From: Promethearchaeota archaeon
GTDB taxonomy: Archaea; Asgardarchaeota; Lokiarchaeia; Sigyniarchaeales; SOKP01
Direction: 5' to 3'
Assembly (NCBI GenBank): GCA_048939015.1
Contig: JBHLPW010000049.1
Location: 1 to 38,181, forward strand
Length of the DNA stretch: 38,181 nucleotides
Position 1 is the first letter of the stretch, and every line of letters begins with the position of its first letter. The translations under genes and the position numbers were made by a program. Under the pieces are notes generated by a model. It had not been told where the DNA came from and made no database searches. It worked only from the letters and a program-made list of their open reading frames with translations. This document shows, piece by piece, positions 9,151-19,064 of this stretch.

Positions 9151-10206
9151 TTAATAAATTACTTCTTCAATCTTTTTAGTTTTAGAACTCTTGTACATTG
9201 CATCAACTATACGAAGTATTTTTTGGCCAAATTTACCGTCTGTCAATGGCTTTCTATTTTGAATTATACAATTAATAAAGTGACTTATTTCTTGTGGATA
9301 ACCAAAAGACCATGATTCTTCAGGAACAGGGAATGTCCATCCTTTAGTTGTTGATGCTTTTTCCACAGCATATCCAAAACCTTTTTCACTATATACACTA
9401 ATTAAATTGCTAAATGTTGGTGCGGCTTTAAGATGTCCTTCAATTCCAAATAATTCAAATCTCACATCATATCCGCCTGGAGCTGTCCATGATTCTTCTA
9501 CTACAACTTGAGCATCATTCTCAAAATAAAGTATACCAACTGCATTATCTTCAACTTCACAGGCACCAAATTTCTCTCTTTTAGGAATTATAGTCTTGGT
9601 TTGACAAAAAACTTCAGAAACATCACAATTCAAATACCAGACTAAACACGCAATATCATGTATACCTAAATCTATTAATGCACCTCCACCAGCTTTAGAT
9701 TCTTTATAAAACCATTCAGAATGAGGTCCAGAATGCTGTTCTTTACCTCTTCCCATATAAATCCTTCCAAGAGCACCCTCATCGATAATTTCTTTAACTT
9801 TGCTAAATGAGGGAGCATACATATTATTTTCACAATAAAATATCTTTCTGTTTGATGACTTTTCAGCTTCCAACATTTCTTCTCCCTCAATACTATTTCT
9901 CGCTAATGGTTTTTCAATAAGGACATGAGTTCCAGAATTTAACACTTCAATTGTAACTCTTTTATGCAAATAATTTGGGAGACACACAGAAATTGCATCA
10001 CATTCTAACTTCAATAGATCCTTATAATCTCCAAATAGTTCACCAGAAAGGTTAAACTTTTTCTTAAAGATTTTTGCTTTTTCTATAGAATTACCAGCGA
10101 TTCCAACTATTTCTACATTCGGAAGTAGGCTATAAGCATAACTATGATCCTTTGCACTAAAACCAGTACCAATAATACCAATCTTAATTGATTCCATTTT
10201 AAACAT
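9151..10206 (-). CDS. Gfo/Idh/MocA-family NAD(P)-dependent oxidoreductase
   Basis: IGIIGTG Rossmann start, HVLIEKP, GGGALIDLGIHD, EVED. Confidence 0.93.
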   Translation of the reverse strand: MFKMESIKIGIIGTGFSAKDHSYAYSLLPNVEIVGIAGNSIEKAKIFKKKFNLSGELFGDYKDLLKLECDAISVCLPNYLHKRVTIEVLNSGTHVLIEKPLARNSIEGEEMLEAEKSSNRKIFYCENNMYAPSFSKVKEIIDEGALGRIYMGRGKEQHSGPHSEWFYKESKAGGGALIDLGIHDIACLVWYLNCDVSEVFCQTKTIIPKREKFGACEVEDNAVGILYFENDAQVVVEESWTAPGGYDVRFELFGIEGHLKAAPTFSNLISVYSEKGFGYAVEKASTTKGWTFPVPEESWSFGYPQEISHFINCIIQNRKPLTDGKFGQKILRIVDAMYKSSKTKKIEEVIY

Positions 10207-10255
10207 TACTTTATTATTTTAATAGTATTGAATTTCTAATAATTCAATGTGATGT

Positions 10256-11371
10256 TTAAGTTTTGTTCCAGAATTCTAATGGTGATAATAATTCCTTTAT
10301 TCTTGAAAATGGACATGCCATTATACAATTTCCACAATCACTTGAATTTTCAACCCAAAATTCAAAGCATTTTTCAACATCAACATAATATTTCTTTACC
10401 CCAGGATTATTCGAGATCGTGGCAGGAATAAAAGAGGGATTCTCATCTTTTGTAATTGCATCAGTTTCGCAAGCATCAGCGCATTTTGAACAAGTTTTAC
10501 AATAATCGCTAATCTTTTCAATAAAACCTAGATTTGGATTATCAGATATCATTGGTAAATCAGTAAAAACTTTACATATACGCACTCTTGGTCCAAATTC
10601 GGGAGTAAGTAATAGACCATTTCTACCTAACGCACCAAGGCCAGCATCAATTGCTAATGGTATACTAAGGGCTGTATCATTTCCACATTGAATGGCTCTA
10701 TATCCCAAATTTCTAATAAATTCACCTAGACAGGATATAATAAATGCCATTCTAGAATATGCAATCGCTGAGGCAGCAGCAGCAGGTTGAGCTGGAGCCG
10801 TTGAAATTGCAGTTTCATCCATTTCTACACCCATTACTATCACTTTATCAATTCCTTCTGGTATTTCAATAGGTAGATCATATAACGAATCTACAGATTT
10901 TCCTTCACGAATATCTTTTTTCGATTCAGCTTCACTCATATCACTGGGTCTCTTAAATCCAGTTTTATAAATCCATTTTTTATTTACGTCAGCGATACCT
11001 ACTAATGATGCTCCGTAGAATTTTGCTGCTTTTTTTATAATTTTAGTGAAAATTTCTACATTTTCAATTTTATGTTTTGATTTCATCCAATCAACTCCAT
11101 AACCAATATCCATCAACTCTTCTCTTTCCCATGTGAATGCATAAGGAAACCGTTCGTATACCGTCCACCCAGCTGCAACTAAAGCAAAATCTACCCTTGA
11201 ATATCCTTCTTTTTTTGATTCGATGTGCTTCTCTAAATTGGTATCTATCATCTTTTGATAAGTTGGTAACGCTTTATCCCACAATCTTCGAAAAAGCATA
11301 TTATTTTTTTGTTTAAACCGCGTATAATTTGTCTCATCAATTTCATAAGGATAATTTTTTTCCTTCGCCAT
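10256..11371 (-). CDS. Reductive dehalogenase-like (RdhA/QueG superfamily) cobalamin and 2x[4Fe-4S] protein, no TAT signal
   Basis: IKKAAKFYGASLVGIA, FIRNLGYRA, IPLAIDAGLGALGRNGLLLTPEFGPRVR...VFTDLP; CxxCxxCxxxC and C-x10-CxxCxxxCP. Confidence 0.88.
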   Translation of the reverse strand: MAKEKNYPYEIDETNYTRFKQKNNMLFRRLWDKALPTYQKMIDTNLEKHIESKKEGYSRVDFALVAAGWTVYERFPYAFTWEREELMDIGYGVDWMKSKHKIENVEIFTKIIKKAAKFYGASLVGIADVNKKWIYKTGFKRPSDMSEAESKKDIREGKSVDSLYDLPIEIPEGIDKVIVMGVEMDETAISTAPAQPAAAASAIAYSRMAFIISCLGEFIRNLGYRAIQCGNDTALSIPLAIDAGLGALGRNGLLLTPEFGPRVRICKVFTDLPMISDNPNLGFIEKISDYCKTCSKCADACETDAITKDENPSFIPATISNNPGVKKYYVDVEKCFEFWVENSSDCGNCIMACPFSRIKELLSPLEFWNKT

Positions 11372-11467
11372 TTATTTTTAACCTCTTTATTTAAAAAATA
11401 AACGTCAATAAATAAAATAAATTAAAATATAAAATTAGTAAATTATTTTAATTTTTAAGATTCTTTA

Positions 11468-12139
11468 TTAATGTTCTTCTATTCTCCAGACGCCATATAT
11501 TAATATGCTTAAGTCAATTAGCAAAACAATCCTCATGATTTTCTGTCCTATTACCATTATTGTACGACTAATTGTTATTCCAATCAAACCTACTAATAAT
11601 GCTATGAAGAATATAACGAAAAGTATAGTAAAAATAAATCCAAAATTCCTAGAAAATTTGTTGCTTATGAATAATGTAGCAGAATAGAAAATACCCATAA
11701 GAAATATAGATGGATATCCTATATAAACAAAGATCCAATGGGGACCATTAAGAATATCAGCAGGAGTAAAAAGAATTCCAATTATTGCTATTGATGAGAT
11801 TGTACCAAACCAAGAACCGATTTTGCTAGTTTTTACTGGTAAATCTTCTCCTTCAAATTTATTTTTAAATACTAAATAAAACAAAATCATTGTAATAGCA
11901 TTTATCCCATAAGCAAATGAAAAGAATATCATGGAAATAGGATTCGGATCACCATTCCAGGCCGTGACTCTGCCTAAATCACTAAAAGTGTTACCCCAAA
12001 ATGAATATCCAACTATCGATGTGTTGTCTTTTATACCACCAGGATATGCAAACATTGCTATGGTGATAAATATTATATATGAAATGATCCCCATAAACGC
12101 AAGAAGATAGACTTTTTTATTCGATAATTTTATATTCAT
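11468..12139 (-). CDS. Polytopic membrane protein, DUF998-like
   Basis: About 6 TM segments; 'GYSFWGNTFSDLG' loop after TM1 and a His at the start of TM4. Confidence 0.65.
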   Translation of the reverse strand: MNIKLSNKKVYLLAFMGIISYIIFITIAMFAYPGGIKDNTSIVGYSFWGNTFSDLGRVTAWNGDPNPISMIFFSFAYGINAITMILFYLVFKNKFEGEDLPVKTSKIGSWFGTISSIAIIGILFTPADILNGPHWIFVYIGYPSIFLMGIFYSATLFISNKFSRNFGFIFTILFVIFFIALLVGLIGITISRTIMVIGQKIMRIVLLIDLSILIYGVWRIEEH

Positions 12140-12250
12140 ATTTCTATACCAATTTCTTTTAATCTTTCAATATATTTTTATTAATAGTATTTGGTCTTTA
12201 ATACTATTTAATAGTTTAATTTTTAATTATCAATTAAAGAAGATGCGATA

Positions 12251-12631
12251 ATGAGTGAAAAGAAATCTCTTATTAATCAAATCGGTATGGGCGTGGATCA
12301 ACATGGGCATAATGATGATTGCACTAATGCAGCTATAAAAGCGATCAAAAATGCGATTTCAAAAAATTGTTTAAGTGGTTTGAGTGAGATTTGTGGGCTT
12401 AAAGAACCAAAAGATCTATCAAGAATGTATGTCCACGTGAAAATTGGAGCTCCATTTCCAGAAAACATCAATAAAAATAAAGTGTTGAAAGCAATACCTT
12501 TTGGAGAAAAGTCTATAGAAGTAGTACATGGAGGTTTAATAGCAAAAGGTATTATGATAAAAGAATTAGGAGATACTTCCAATAAGATTATAATTTGCAA
12601 TGCTGCTGTAACAGTTTCTGTAAAATCTTAA
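12251..12631 (+). CDS. Lin0512-family protein
   Basis: GMGVDQHG...TNAAIKAIKNAI, IPFGEKSIEVVHGGL, NAAVTV. Confidence 0.85.
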   Translation: MSEKKSLINQIGMGVDQHGHNDDCTNAAIKAIKNAISKNCLSGLSEICGLKEPKDLSRMYVHVKIGAPFPENINKNKVLKAIPFGEKSIEVVHGGLIAKGIMIKELGDTSNKIIICNAAVTVSVKS

Positions 12632-12734
12632 ATATTTTAATCTCTGAGGACAAATATTAAAGTAGACTACAAAAATTTTATTTAGAAAAAAGAACTTATT
12701 CTTAATTAAAAAAATTAGAGAGGTTAAACCAATA

Positions 12735-13775
12735 ATGTTATCCTTTAACGGCTGGATTGATGGAATTTCTTTTGTTGTATTATTAACTTTTGGTTTAATC
12801 ATAGGAATATTTTTCATTTATGAATCACAGAAATCCGGAGCAAAATTACTTACATTTCTCGGACTAGCAAATATTTTTTTTGTTTTAATATATTTAGGAA
12901 ATGTGTTTGACTTTTTCACGGTATTAATATCTGGGAGAAATTTAGGGGACGAATTTCTATCAGTTGCTAGAATTGGTTATGTAATGAGTAGTTTACCTTT
13001 AATATTTTTAGGATCCATTGGTATAAATCAAATGATATCTAATCGAAAAATAGGGATAATTCTATTCTTTTTCTTAATAGTGATGATAGTCGCCCAAATT
13101 TATCTCGTAATTTTTAGTATAGAAGATATGTTAACTTTTATATATCCTGAGAATCCTGGTGAAGAGCTTATTCAAGACAATATTAATCCTACTTCACCTG
13201 GAATGCTAATTCTAACGGTTGACAATGTAATTCTATTAATTTTTTTAGGATTTGGATTTTTATATAAAGGATTTAAATCAGAATCTATAATAAAAAAGAA
13301 ATCTTATATCATATCTTTAGGGTTTTTTATACTTTTTTCCTCGTTCTTTATAGAAGCTATATTTTCTTTTGCGTTTCTGAGAATACTTATTGTAGTTGGT
13401 TTTATTATACTTTATTATGGACTAAGGGAAGAACCTGAAGAAAAAATCGAGATAAAGAAAACTACGAAGGTAGAAGGTGATTTATTTCGAATTGCACATT
13501 TTGACAGGGATCAGATTACTGAAAAAGAGGTTTCAATCTCAAAAGAAAAAAAAATATGTATTGTATGTAAGGGAAACGCAATAGGGTTCAATATTTATAT
13601 CTGTCCTGAATGTGAAACAGTCTATTGTCAAAAATGCGCTAATACACTAATCTCTATGGAAAATGCTTGTTGGGTTTGCGAAAAGCCAATAGATCAAACT
13701 AAACCAAGTAAACCATTTCAAAAAAGAGAGGATCTTGTTATTCAAAAAGAAGATTTTGGAAAAGAAAAAAAGTAG
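12735..13775 (+). CDS. 7TM membrane protein with C-terminal C4C4 RING-like zinc finger
   Basis: Seven hydrophobic segments, charged linker, C-x2-C-x11-C-x2-C-x4-C-x2-C-x10-C-x2-C. Confidence 0.75.
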   Translation: MLSFNGWIDGISFVVLLTFGLIIGIFFIYESQKSGAKLLTFLGLANIFFVLIYLGNVFDFFTVLISGRNLGDEFLSVARIGYVMSSLPLIFLGSIGINQMISNRKIGIILFFFLIVMIVAQIYLVIFSIEDMLTFIYPENPGEELIQDNINPTSPGMLILTVDNVILLIFLGFGFLYKGFKSESIIKKKSYIISLGFFILFSSFFIEAIFSFAFLRILIVVGFIILYYGLREEPEEKIEIKKTTKVEGDLFRIAHFDRDQITEKEVSISKEKKICIVCKGNAIGFNIYICPECETVYCQKCANTLISMENACWVCEKPIDQTKPSKPFQKREDLVIQKEDFGKEKK

Positions 13776-13780
13776 ATTAA

Positions 13781-15091
13781 CTATTCAGTAAATTTTAAAT
13801 TTTCTAATCCAATTTCTTCCTCCGCATAGCTCTTTAGAGCTTTCCATTGGTCATCTGATGTCCCAAAATATTTAAATACTGCAATTCCTAAACCGAAGTC
13901 AAAACTTCTCATTTGTTTAAGCATTTCCTTAACATTGCACTCGACGGAATTTGTAACAGTTAAAGCTGGAGCATTAAACTCCTTAGCTCTTTTTTTCATG
14001 TTTCTAACAAAATACCAGTAGAATAAATCAGCAACTTTACCCCAATACCATCCATCATCTCTAGTACCCATTAAATAAGGGTATTCCATGGGTGAAACAA
14101 TATCTAGAATTGAAGATAATTTAGTCCAATCTTGTCCTAACCTCTTTCTTGAGAATAGTTTTTTAGGTCCTGGAAGACAAAACCAGCCAGTAATGCATGT
14201 GTTATCAATTGATTTTATAGTGTCATGCAGTTTTTCAGCGTAATTTGCGATAGTATTTGCTTTAAAATCATACCATTCTTTACTTTTTAATAATTTTGGT
14301 TTTTTACCGTAGTTATCTCTAAATTTTTGTATACAACGACTGCAAGTGCACAATTCTGTAAAAGCTCCATCATATCTAATGTAATCAGCAAAGAAAGCTT
14401 TTATAGGATAGTTTTTTATTACTTCCTCAGCAAGTTCTAATAAGTAACTTACATGCTCACTATTAGGGCACATGAAGCTAGTTAAAGGAATATAGCCTTT
14501 CCCTCGAGTATCTCGAGATTTGCCCTCTTTTTCATCAATTTCATCAGTTAAAAAGGGTATTTTTTTCTGATAATCTTTAAAAGAAATCCCTTCAGGCAAG
14601 TCAATTCTCATTTCGCCTTCAAAATGTGTCGAAATTTCCCCCTCTTGGTATTTAATCCCATGTTTTTCTCCACTTTTTCCATGAACACTTACTCTTTCGG
14701 GGTGTAAATATCCTTGGTAAGCATCATTCATACTAGTAAATGAAACGTTAATCTTGATATCTTTTTCCTTTCCAAAATCACAAAATTCACCCAATATATC
14801 TCTATCTGTTGGATTCCATCCTACTTTTGTATCCCAGGTACATGCTCCATCTGTATCTTTAATTACAATTCCCAGAGTATTAAAATGTGCTTCCTCCAGT
14901 TTATTCATGATTTCAAGGATATTCAAGTCCTTTTCAGCGAACTCATAATCTAACTTCCTGAATCCTTTCGGACCTCTTATAGGCATTAATCCCATTGCAT
15001 AAATTTTATTGACCCCAAAATGCTTAAAAAAAGCATCAATTTTATGTTGTTCAATTCTAAAATACTTTGACCAATCTAATTTTCTTACCAT
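13781..15091 (-). CDS. Putative glycoside-hydrolase-like TIM-barrel protein (GHL10/GHL6-like), cytoplasmic
   Basis: DILGEFCD, MCPNS, FFADYIRYD, CTCSRC, GQDW, DIVSPMEY motifs; no signal peptide. Confidence 0.65.
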   Translation of the reverse strand: MVRKLDWSKYFRIEQHKIDAFFKHFGVNKIYAMGLMPIRGPKGFRKLDYEFAEKDLNILEIMNKLEEAHFNTLGIVIKDTDGACTWDTKVGWNPTDRDILGEFCDFGKEKDIKINVSFTSMNDAYQGYLHPERVSVHGKSGEKHGIKYQEGEISTHFEGEMRIDLPEGISFKDYQKKIPFLTDEIDEKEGKSRDTRGKGYIPLTSFMCPNSEHVSYLLELAEEVIKNYPIKAFFADYIRYDGAFTELCTCSRCIQKFRDNYGKKPKLLKSKEWYDFKANTIANYAEKLHDTIKSIDNTCITGWFCLPGPKKLFSRKRLGQDWTKLSSILDIVSPMEYPYLMGTRDDGWYWGKVADLFYWYFVRNMKKRAKEFNAPALTVTNSVECNVKEMLKQMRSFDFGLGIAVFKYFGTSDDQWKALKSYAEEEIGLENLKFTE

Positions 15092-15372
15092 GATAGTTGT
15101 AAATTATTTAAACAAGAATAAAAGTATTAAACATGATTCGCTACATTAATTTCGTTGACAAATCTATAAAGTATAATGACATAAAATTTTAAACTAATAG
15201 TACAATCTTTTTTATATATCATATTATTTTCATTAATTACAAAAAGATATTTATTAAAGAAATCTTAATAGTGATTAAATCAAAAAAACAAGAAATCTCT
15301 TTAAATAAAACAAAAATATACCAAGGCCATTTTCAACTATAAATTTTTCAATAAATTGAGGTTATTTAGCTA

Positions 15373-15903
15373 ATGTATGATGCAACATATAAAATAGTGA
15401 TTTTCGGAGATGCCGGTTGTGGTAAAACTACATTAACCCAAAGATTTTTAACTAATTTGTTCAAATCTGATTCTAAAATGACTATCGGCGTAGATTTTGA
15501 AGTTAAAAGCTTAGAAATTAATGGGAAAAAAATTAAGCTTCAAATCTGGGATTTTGGAGGGGAAGAACGATTTAGATTTCTATTACCAACATATGTTCGT
15601 GGTGCTAATGGTGCTTTATTTATGTATGATGTAACAAATTATAGTTCACTAGCTCATATTGATGATTGGTTATTAGTGATAAGAAAAGAACTTAGAGCAG
15701 AAGATCAATTTCCCATAATAGTAGTGGGAGGAAAGGCGGATCTAGTTGAAGATCGTGAAGTTACAGGAGATGAAGGTATAAATATTGCTAGATCAAGGAA
15801 TGTAGATGGCTTTATTGAATGTAGTTCGAAGACAGGGGAGAATGTAGAAGAAACATTTGAAGCATTATCGCGACTAATGATGCAAAGGTCTAATTTGCTT
15901 TAA
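15373..15903 (+). CDS. Rab-like small GTPase
   Basis: G1 GDAGCGKT; RabF-like IGVDF, KLQIW, RFRFL, YVRGA, FMYDVT; G3 WDFGGE; G4 GKAD; G5 CSSK. Confidence 0.93.
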   Translation: MYDATYKIVIFGDAGCGKTTLTQRFLTNLFKSDSKMTIGVDFEVKSLEINGKKIKLQIWDFGGEERFRFLLPTYVRGANGALFMYDVTNYSSLAHIDDWLLVIRKELRAEDQFPIIVVGGKADLVEDREVTGDEGINIARSRNVDGFIECSSKTGENVEETFEALSRLMMQRSNLL

Positions 15904-15968
15904 AAATTTATATTTACTAAGTTATAAATCAAAAAAGTAATAGATATTTTTATTAAATCCTTAAGCAA

Positions 15969-16904
15969 TCACTCAATATTGTCTTCTTCTTCTAACACTA
16001 ATTGCTGTTTCAATCGTAAATCTTTTCTCCTAAGAGATACCATGATTTGAAATTCTAAATCTTTTTTATACATATCAGCGAATTTAACTATTTCCTTAGC
16101 AATTTTTTTTTCACTCTCATCTCCATCGATATGTATTCCATGAAACATTGGTATCTCAGCATACTTTTCAAGCAGTTCTTTAGATAATTCTTCAGGTAAA
16201 ACATCGGATCTATCTTTTATTGCTATGCTAATTAACTCTTCCAATCTATTATAGATTTCTCTCTTACTAAATTGACAAAGTACGCATTTTGAACTTCTTA
16301 TTAGAAAGATATTTAATAATATTAACCCTATAATAAATTTAGAATTTCTAACTAAAATCTCTTTATCTCCACTGCCAAATTCACTTATGTATCGGTCTAC
16401 ATGATCCTCCATAGTAAAGTATAAATTCGAGATAATAGAAGCTCTCCCGAAATATGCTGGAACTATACAAAAGATTCTTGTAAACCAAAAAGGTTTAATC
16501 CCTACTGGAGGATCTTCATAAAATATATAATAGATTATTCTCCCATCTCTCTTTTTATAGAGGGTAAATTCTTTTTTTAACATATTTAAATATGTTGAAA
16601 TAGTGGATCGAGCAATTTCTTTAAAATATCTTTTGTAATCTTTTTCAACTTCGCCTGTTGTAATTTTCTTTTTTCCTTCCAAATAAAATTTCAAGATGAT
16701 ACCTAGGATCCTATTCTCATGAAGACGTCCTGTTTTTATCTGTTGTTCTTCTGATTCATCTTCTCTAATTTGATATATATATGCTATTTCTGGCGCAAAA
16801 TCTTGAATTGCTTTATCTATTAAACCAAGTTCAGAATCTGTGATTTCAGCGCCTATTTTTGCGCTCTCTGTTAATATTTTATCAATTTCAGATTTTTCAG
16901 ACAA
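15969..16904 (-). CDS. Winged-helix DNA-binding domain protein with unknown helical C-terminal domain (TTG start)
   Basis: ITTGEVEKDY...IARSTISTYLNMLKKEFTLYKKRDGRIIYY fits an HTH plus wing; CVLC in the C-terminal part. Confidence 0.65.
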   Translation of the reverse strand: MSEKSEIDKILTESAKIGAEITDSELGLIDKAIQDFAPEIAYIYQIREDESEEQQIKTGRLHENRILGIILKFYLEGKKKITTGEVEKDYKRYFKEIARSTISTYLNMLKKEFTLYKKRDGRIIYYIFYEDPPVGIKPFWFTRIFCIVPAYFGRASIISNLYFTMEDHVDRYISEFGSGDKEILVRNSKFIIGLILLNIFLIRSSKCVLCQFSKREIYNRLEELISIAIKDRSDVLPEELSKELLEKYAEIPMFHGIHIDGDESEKKIAKEIVKFADMYKKDLEFQIMVSLRRKDLRLKQQLVLEEEDNIE

Positions 16905-17109
16905 TTAAAATACTCTTTTATTAATTAAATCTACTTTGATTTATATTAAAAAATATCTAGTATTATTATTAAAAAATCATTATTATCTTAATAAAAATTT
17001 GCATTCTACTAAACTAGAAAATCTAGATATATTTAACTTTCTATCAAAAATAATAATGTTTTGAATTATCTTGAAAAGTTATTTTTCTCATTTATGAGTA
17101 TAATTAGCC

Positions 17110-18951
17110 TTATATTTTCCCGTATTTCTCTTTCCATACTGGATCTGTTTCTTGTAGAACTCTTCTCTGGACTTTTCCGATAAGGTCCTTCGGTAACTCA
17201 CCAATAATCGCTACGTTATGAGGCACTTTGTAATGTGCCATATTATCTTTTGCCCATTCCTTAATCTTTTGAGGTGAACAGTCACAATCTTCTCTAATTG
17301 CAACCCAAGCTTTTATTTTTTCTCCATATTCATCATCAGGAATACCAGCAACTGCTGCTTCTGTGATATCTGGATGCTTGATCAATAATTCTTCAACTTC
17401 TTTAGGAAATACAGAATATCCTTTACATTTTATAAGTTGTTTCTTTCTATCTCTAATTTCTATGGTTCCATCATTATTCATGAACCCAATATCTCCAGTC
17501 AAAAGCCATTTCTTTCCCTCAAATTCAAAGAAGGATTCCCTTGTCTCTTCTGGCTTCTCAAGATATTCTAACATTACTTGAGGACCCGATATGCAAATTT
17601 CACCCGTATGTTCAATACCAAAATTAGAATCTTCTAGATTTCCTAAACATATCGGTCCTTTATTAGGATCATCAATGGGCCAAATCCCCCATTCTGTACC
17701 TGTAAAAGGCAGTCCAATAGTTCCAACAGGGCTCTCTCCAAATAAGTTGCCTGCACTAACAGCTGGTCCCGCCTCTGATAGACCATATCCTTCTACAATC
17801 CTACCACCTGTGTTATTAACAAAAGCATCTCGAACTTCTTTATGTAATGGACCTGCGCTTGAAATGCATAAGAGTAACTTTCCCATAACCTTAGGAAATC
17901 TTCTTTTAAAATTTTTAAGTTCTGCGAGTCTCTTAAACAATATTTCAGTACCAGCATAAATCAATCCTTCTTTACAGGGTAAAAGTTCAATTTGTTGACA
18001 CAATTCAGCTTGACTGGGAGGTGTTGGAAAAAGCATTATCCAACCTCCTATTGCCAAAGTTGTATTCATAACTGCTGTGTGAGCAAAACTGTGAAATAAA
18101 GGAAGTATTCCAATATTTCCGATACCAGGTTTTTCACCACCTAACCATAATTTACATTGCTTAGCGTTTGAAACTACATTAAAATGGGTTAATACTGCTG
18201 CTTTTGGTAAACCTGTTATTCCACCCGTCATTATATATGTAGCAGGATCTTTTTTAACATTAATATCTATTTTTGGAACATCTGCTTTTGTTTTCAAAAG
18301 TTCACTATATTTTAATGCCCCCGGAAAATCAACTTTACCAGTTGGTATTTTTTTTACAAATTTTCCTATAGCTTTTTTCACTCCTGCTATTTCTGATAAA
18401 TCTGAAAGATTTGTATAAACCAAAATTTTGATAGTTGAATCATTAATGATTGGTTTTATTGAAGATTCATATAACGCATCCAATACAATTAGCATTTTTG
18501 GCTTGATAATTTCTAATTGGTGGAGAATTTCTACTGCTTGATAAGTAGGATTAATTCCACAAGCAATTGCACCGATTCTTGTAATTGCATAATATGAAAC
18601 AATATACATAGGACAATTGTACATATGCAATGCCACTACATCACCCTTTTTGATTCCTAAATTGGTTAAACTAGTGGCAATTGATTTTACGTAATTTTGA
18701 AAATGTTTATAGGTAATCCAAGTATCTAAAAACCAAATAAAATTTTCATTTCCATATTTTTCAACTTGTTTATCCAATACCTCATTAATTGTTTTCTCTT
18801 CAAAATTACTATTAAATGGCACGCCTTCTGGCCACCATTTCTTAAACCATCGCTTATCCTCATTAACATAATACAGCTTTTGAATTTTTAAAGTCATTTT
18901 TTCTTCACAATGTATGAAATAAAAATTAATCCTTATGTCACTTAGATTCAA
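17110..18951 (-). CDS. fadD: Long-chain fatty-acid--CoA ligase (ANL/AMP-binding); probable start 18897
   Basis: MTGGITGLPKA, LPLFHSF, VEGYGLSE, TGDIG, RDRKKQLIK, VFPKEVE, LPKDLIGKVQRR. Confidence 0.88.
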   Translation of the reverse strand: MNLSDIRINFYFIHCEEKMTLKIQKLYYVNEDKRWFKKWWPEGVPFNSNFEEKTINEVLDKQVEKYGNENFIWFLDTWITYKHFQNYVKSIATSLTNLGIKKGDVVALHMYNCPMYIVSYYAITRIGAIACGINPTYQAVEILHQLEIIKPKMLIVLDALYESSIKPIINDSTIKILVYTNLSDLSEIAGVKKAIGKFVKKIPTGKVDFPGALKYSELLKTKADVPKIDINVKKDPATYIMTGGITGLPKAAVLTHFNVVSNAKQCKLWLGGEKPGIGNIGILPLFHSFAHTAVMNTTLAIGGWIMLFPTPPSQAELCQQIELLPCKEGLIYAGTEILFKRLAELKNFKRRFPKVMGKLLLCISSAGPLHKEVRDAFVNNTGGRIVEGYGLSEAGPAVSAGNLFGESPVGTIGLPFTGTEWGIWPIDDPNKGPICLGNLEDSNFGIEHTGEICISGPQVMLEYLEKPEETRESFFEFEGKKWLLTGDIGFMNNDGTIEIRDRKKQLIKCKGYSVFPKEVEELLIKHPDITEAAVAGIPDDEYGEKIKAWVAIREDCDCSPQKIKEWAKDNMAHYKVPHNVAIIGELPKDLIGKVQRRVLQETDPVWKEKYGKI

Positions 18952-19064
18952 AAAAATTTAAAACTTTGCAAGAATTTGGATAAGATTTTAATCTAACTCA
19001 AAAATCATAGTATACAGTAATAAAATTCGTTAAAATTGAAAAAAAAATAAAAAAATATTGAGAT

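Noticed and set aside
6623-10431. Short ORFs 6623, 6672, 7705, 8930, 9675, 10249
   Set aside because: Nested in or antisense to argS, the aminotransferase, 8725 ORF, oxidoreductase and Rdh; no coding hallmarks
11270-11371. 'FRRLW' near the Rdh N-terminus as a TAT signal
   Set aside because: No RRxFLK consensus and no following hydrophobic h-region
10256-11371. Calling this evidence of organohalide respiration
   Set aside because: No TAT leader, RdhB or accessory rdh genes are visible
11505-17959. Short ORFs 11505, 12298, 12566, 14754, 17363, 17591
   Set aside because: Antisense shadows of stronger genes
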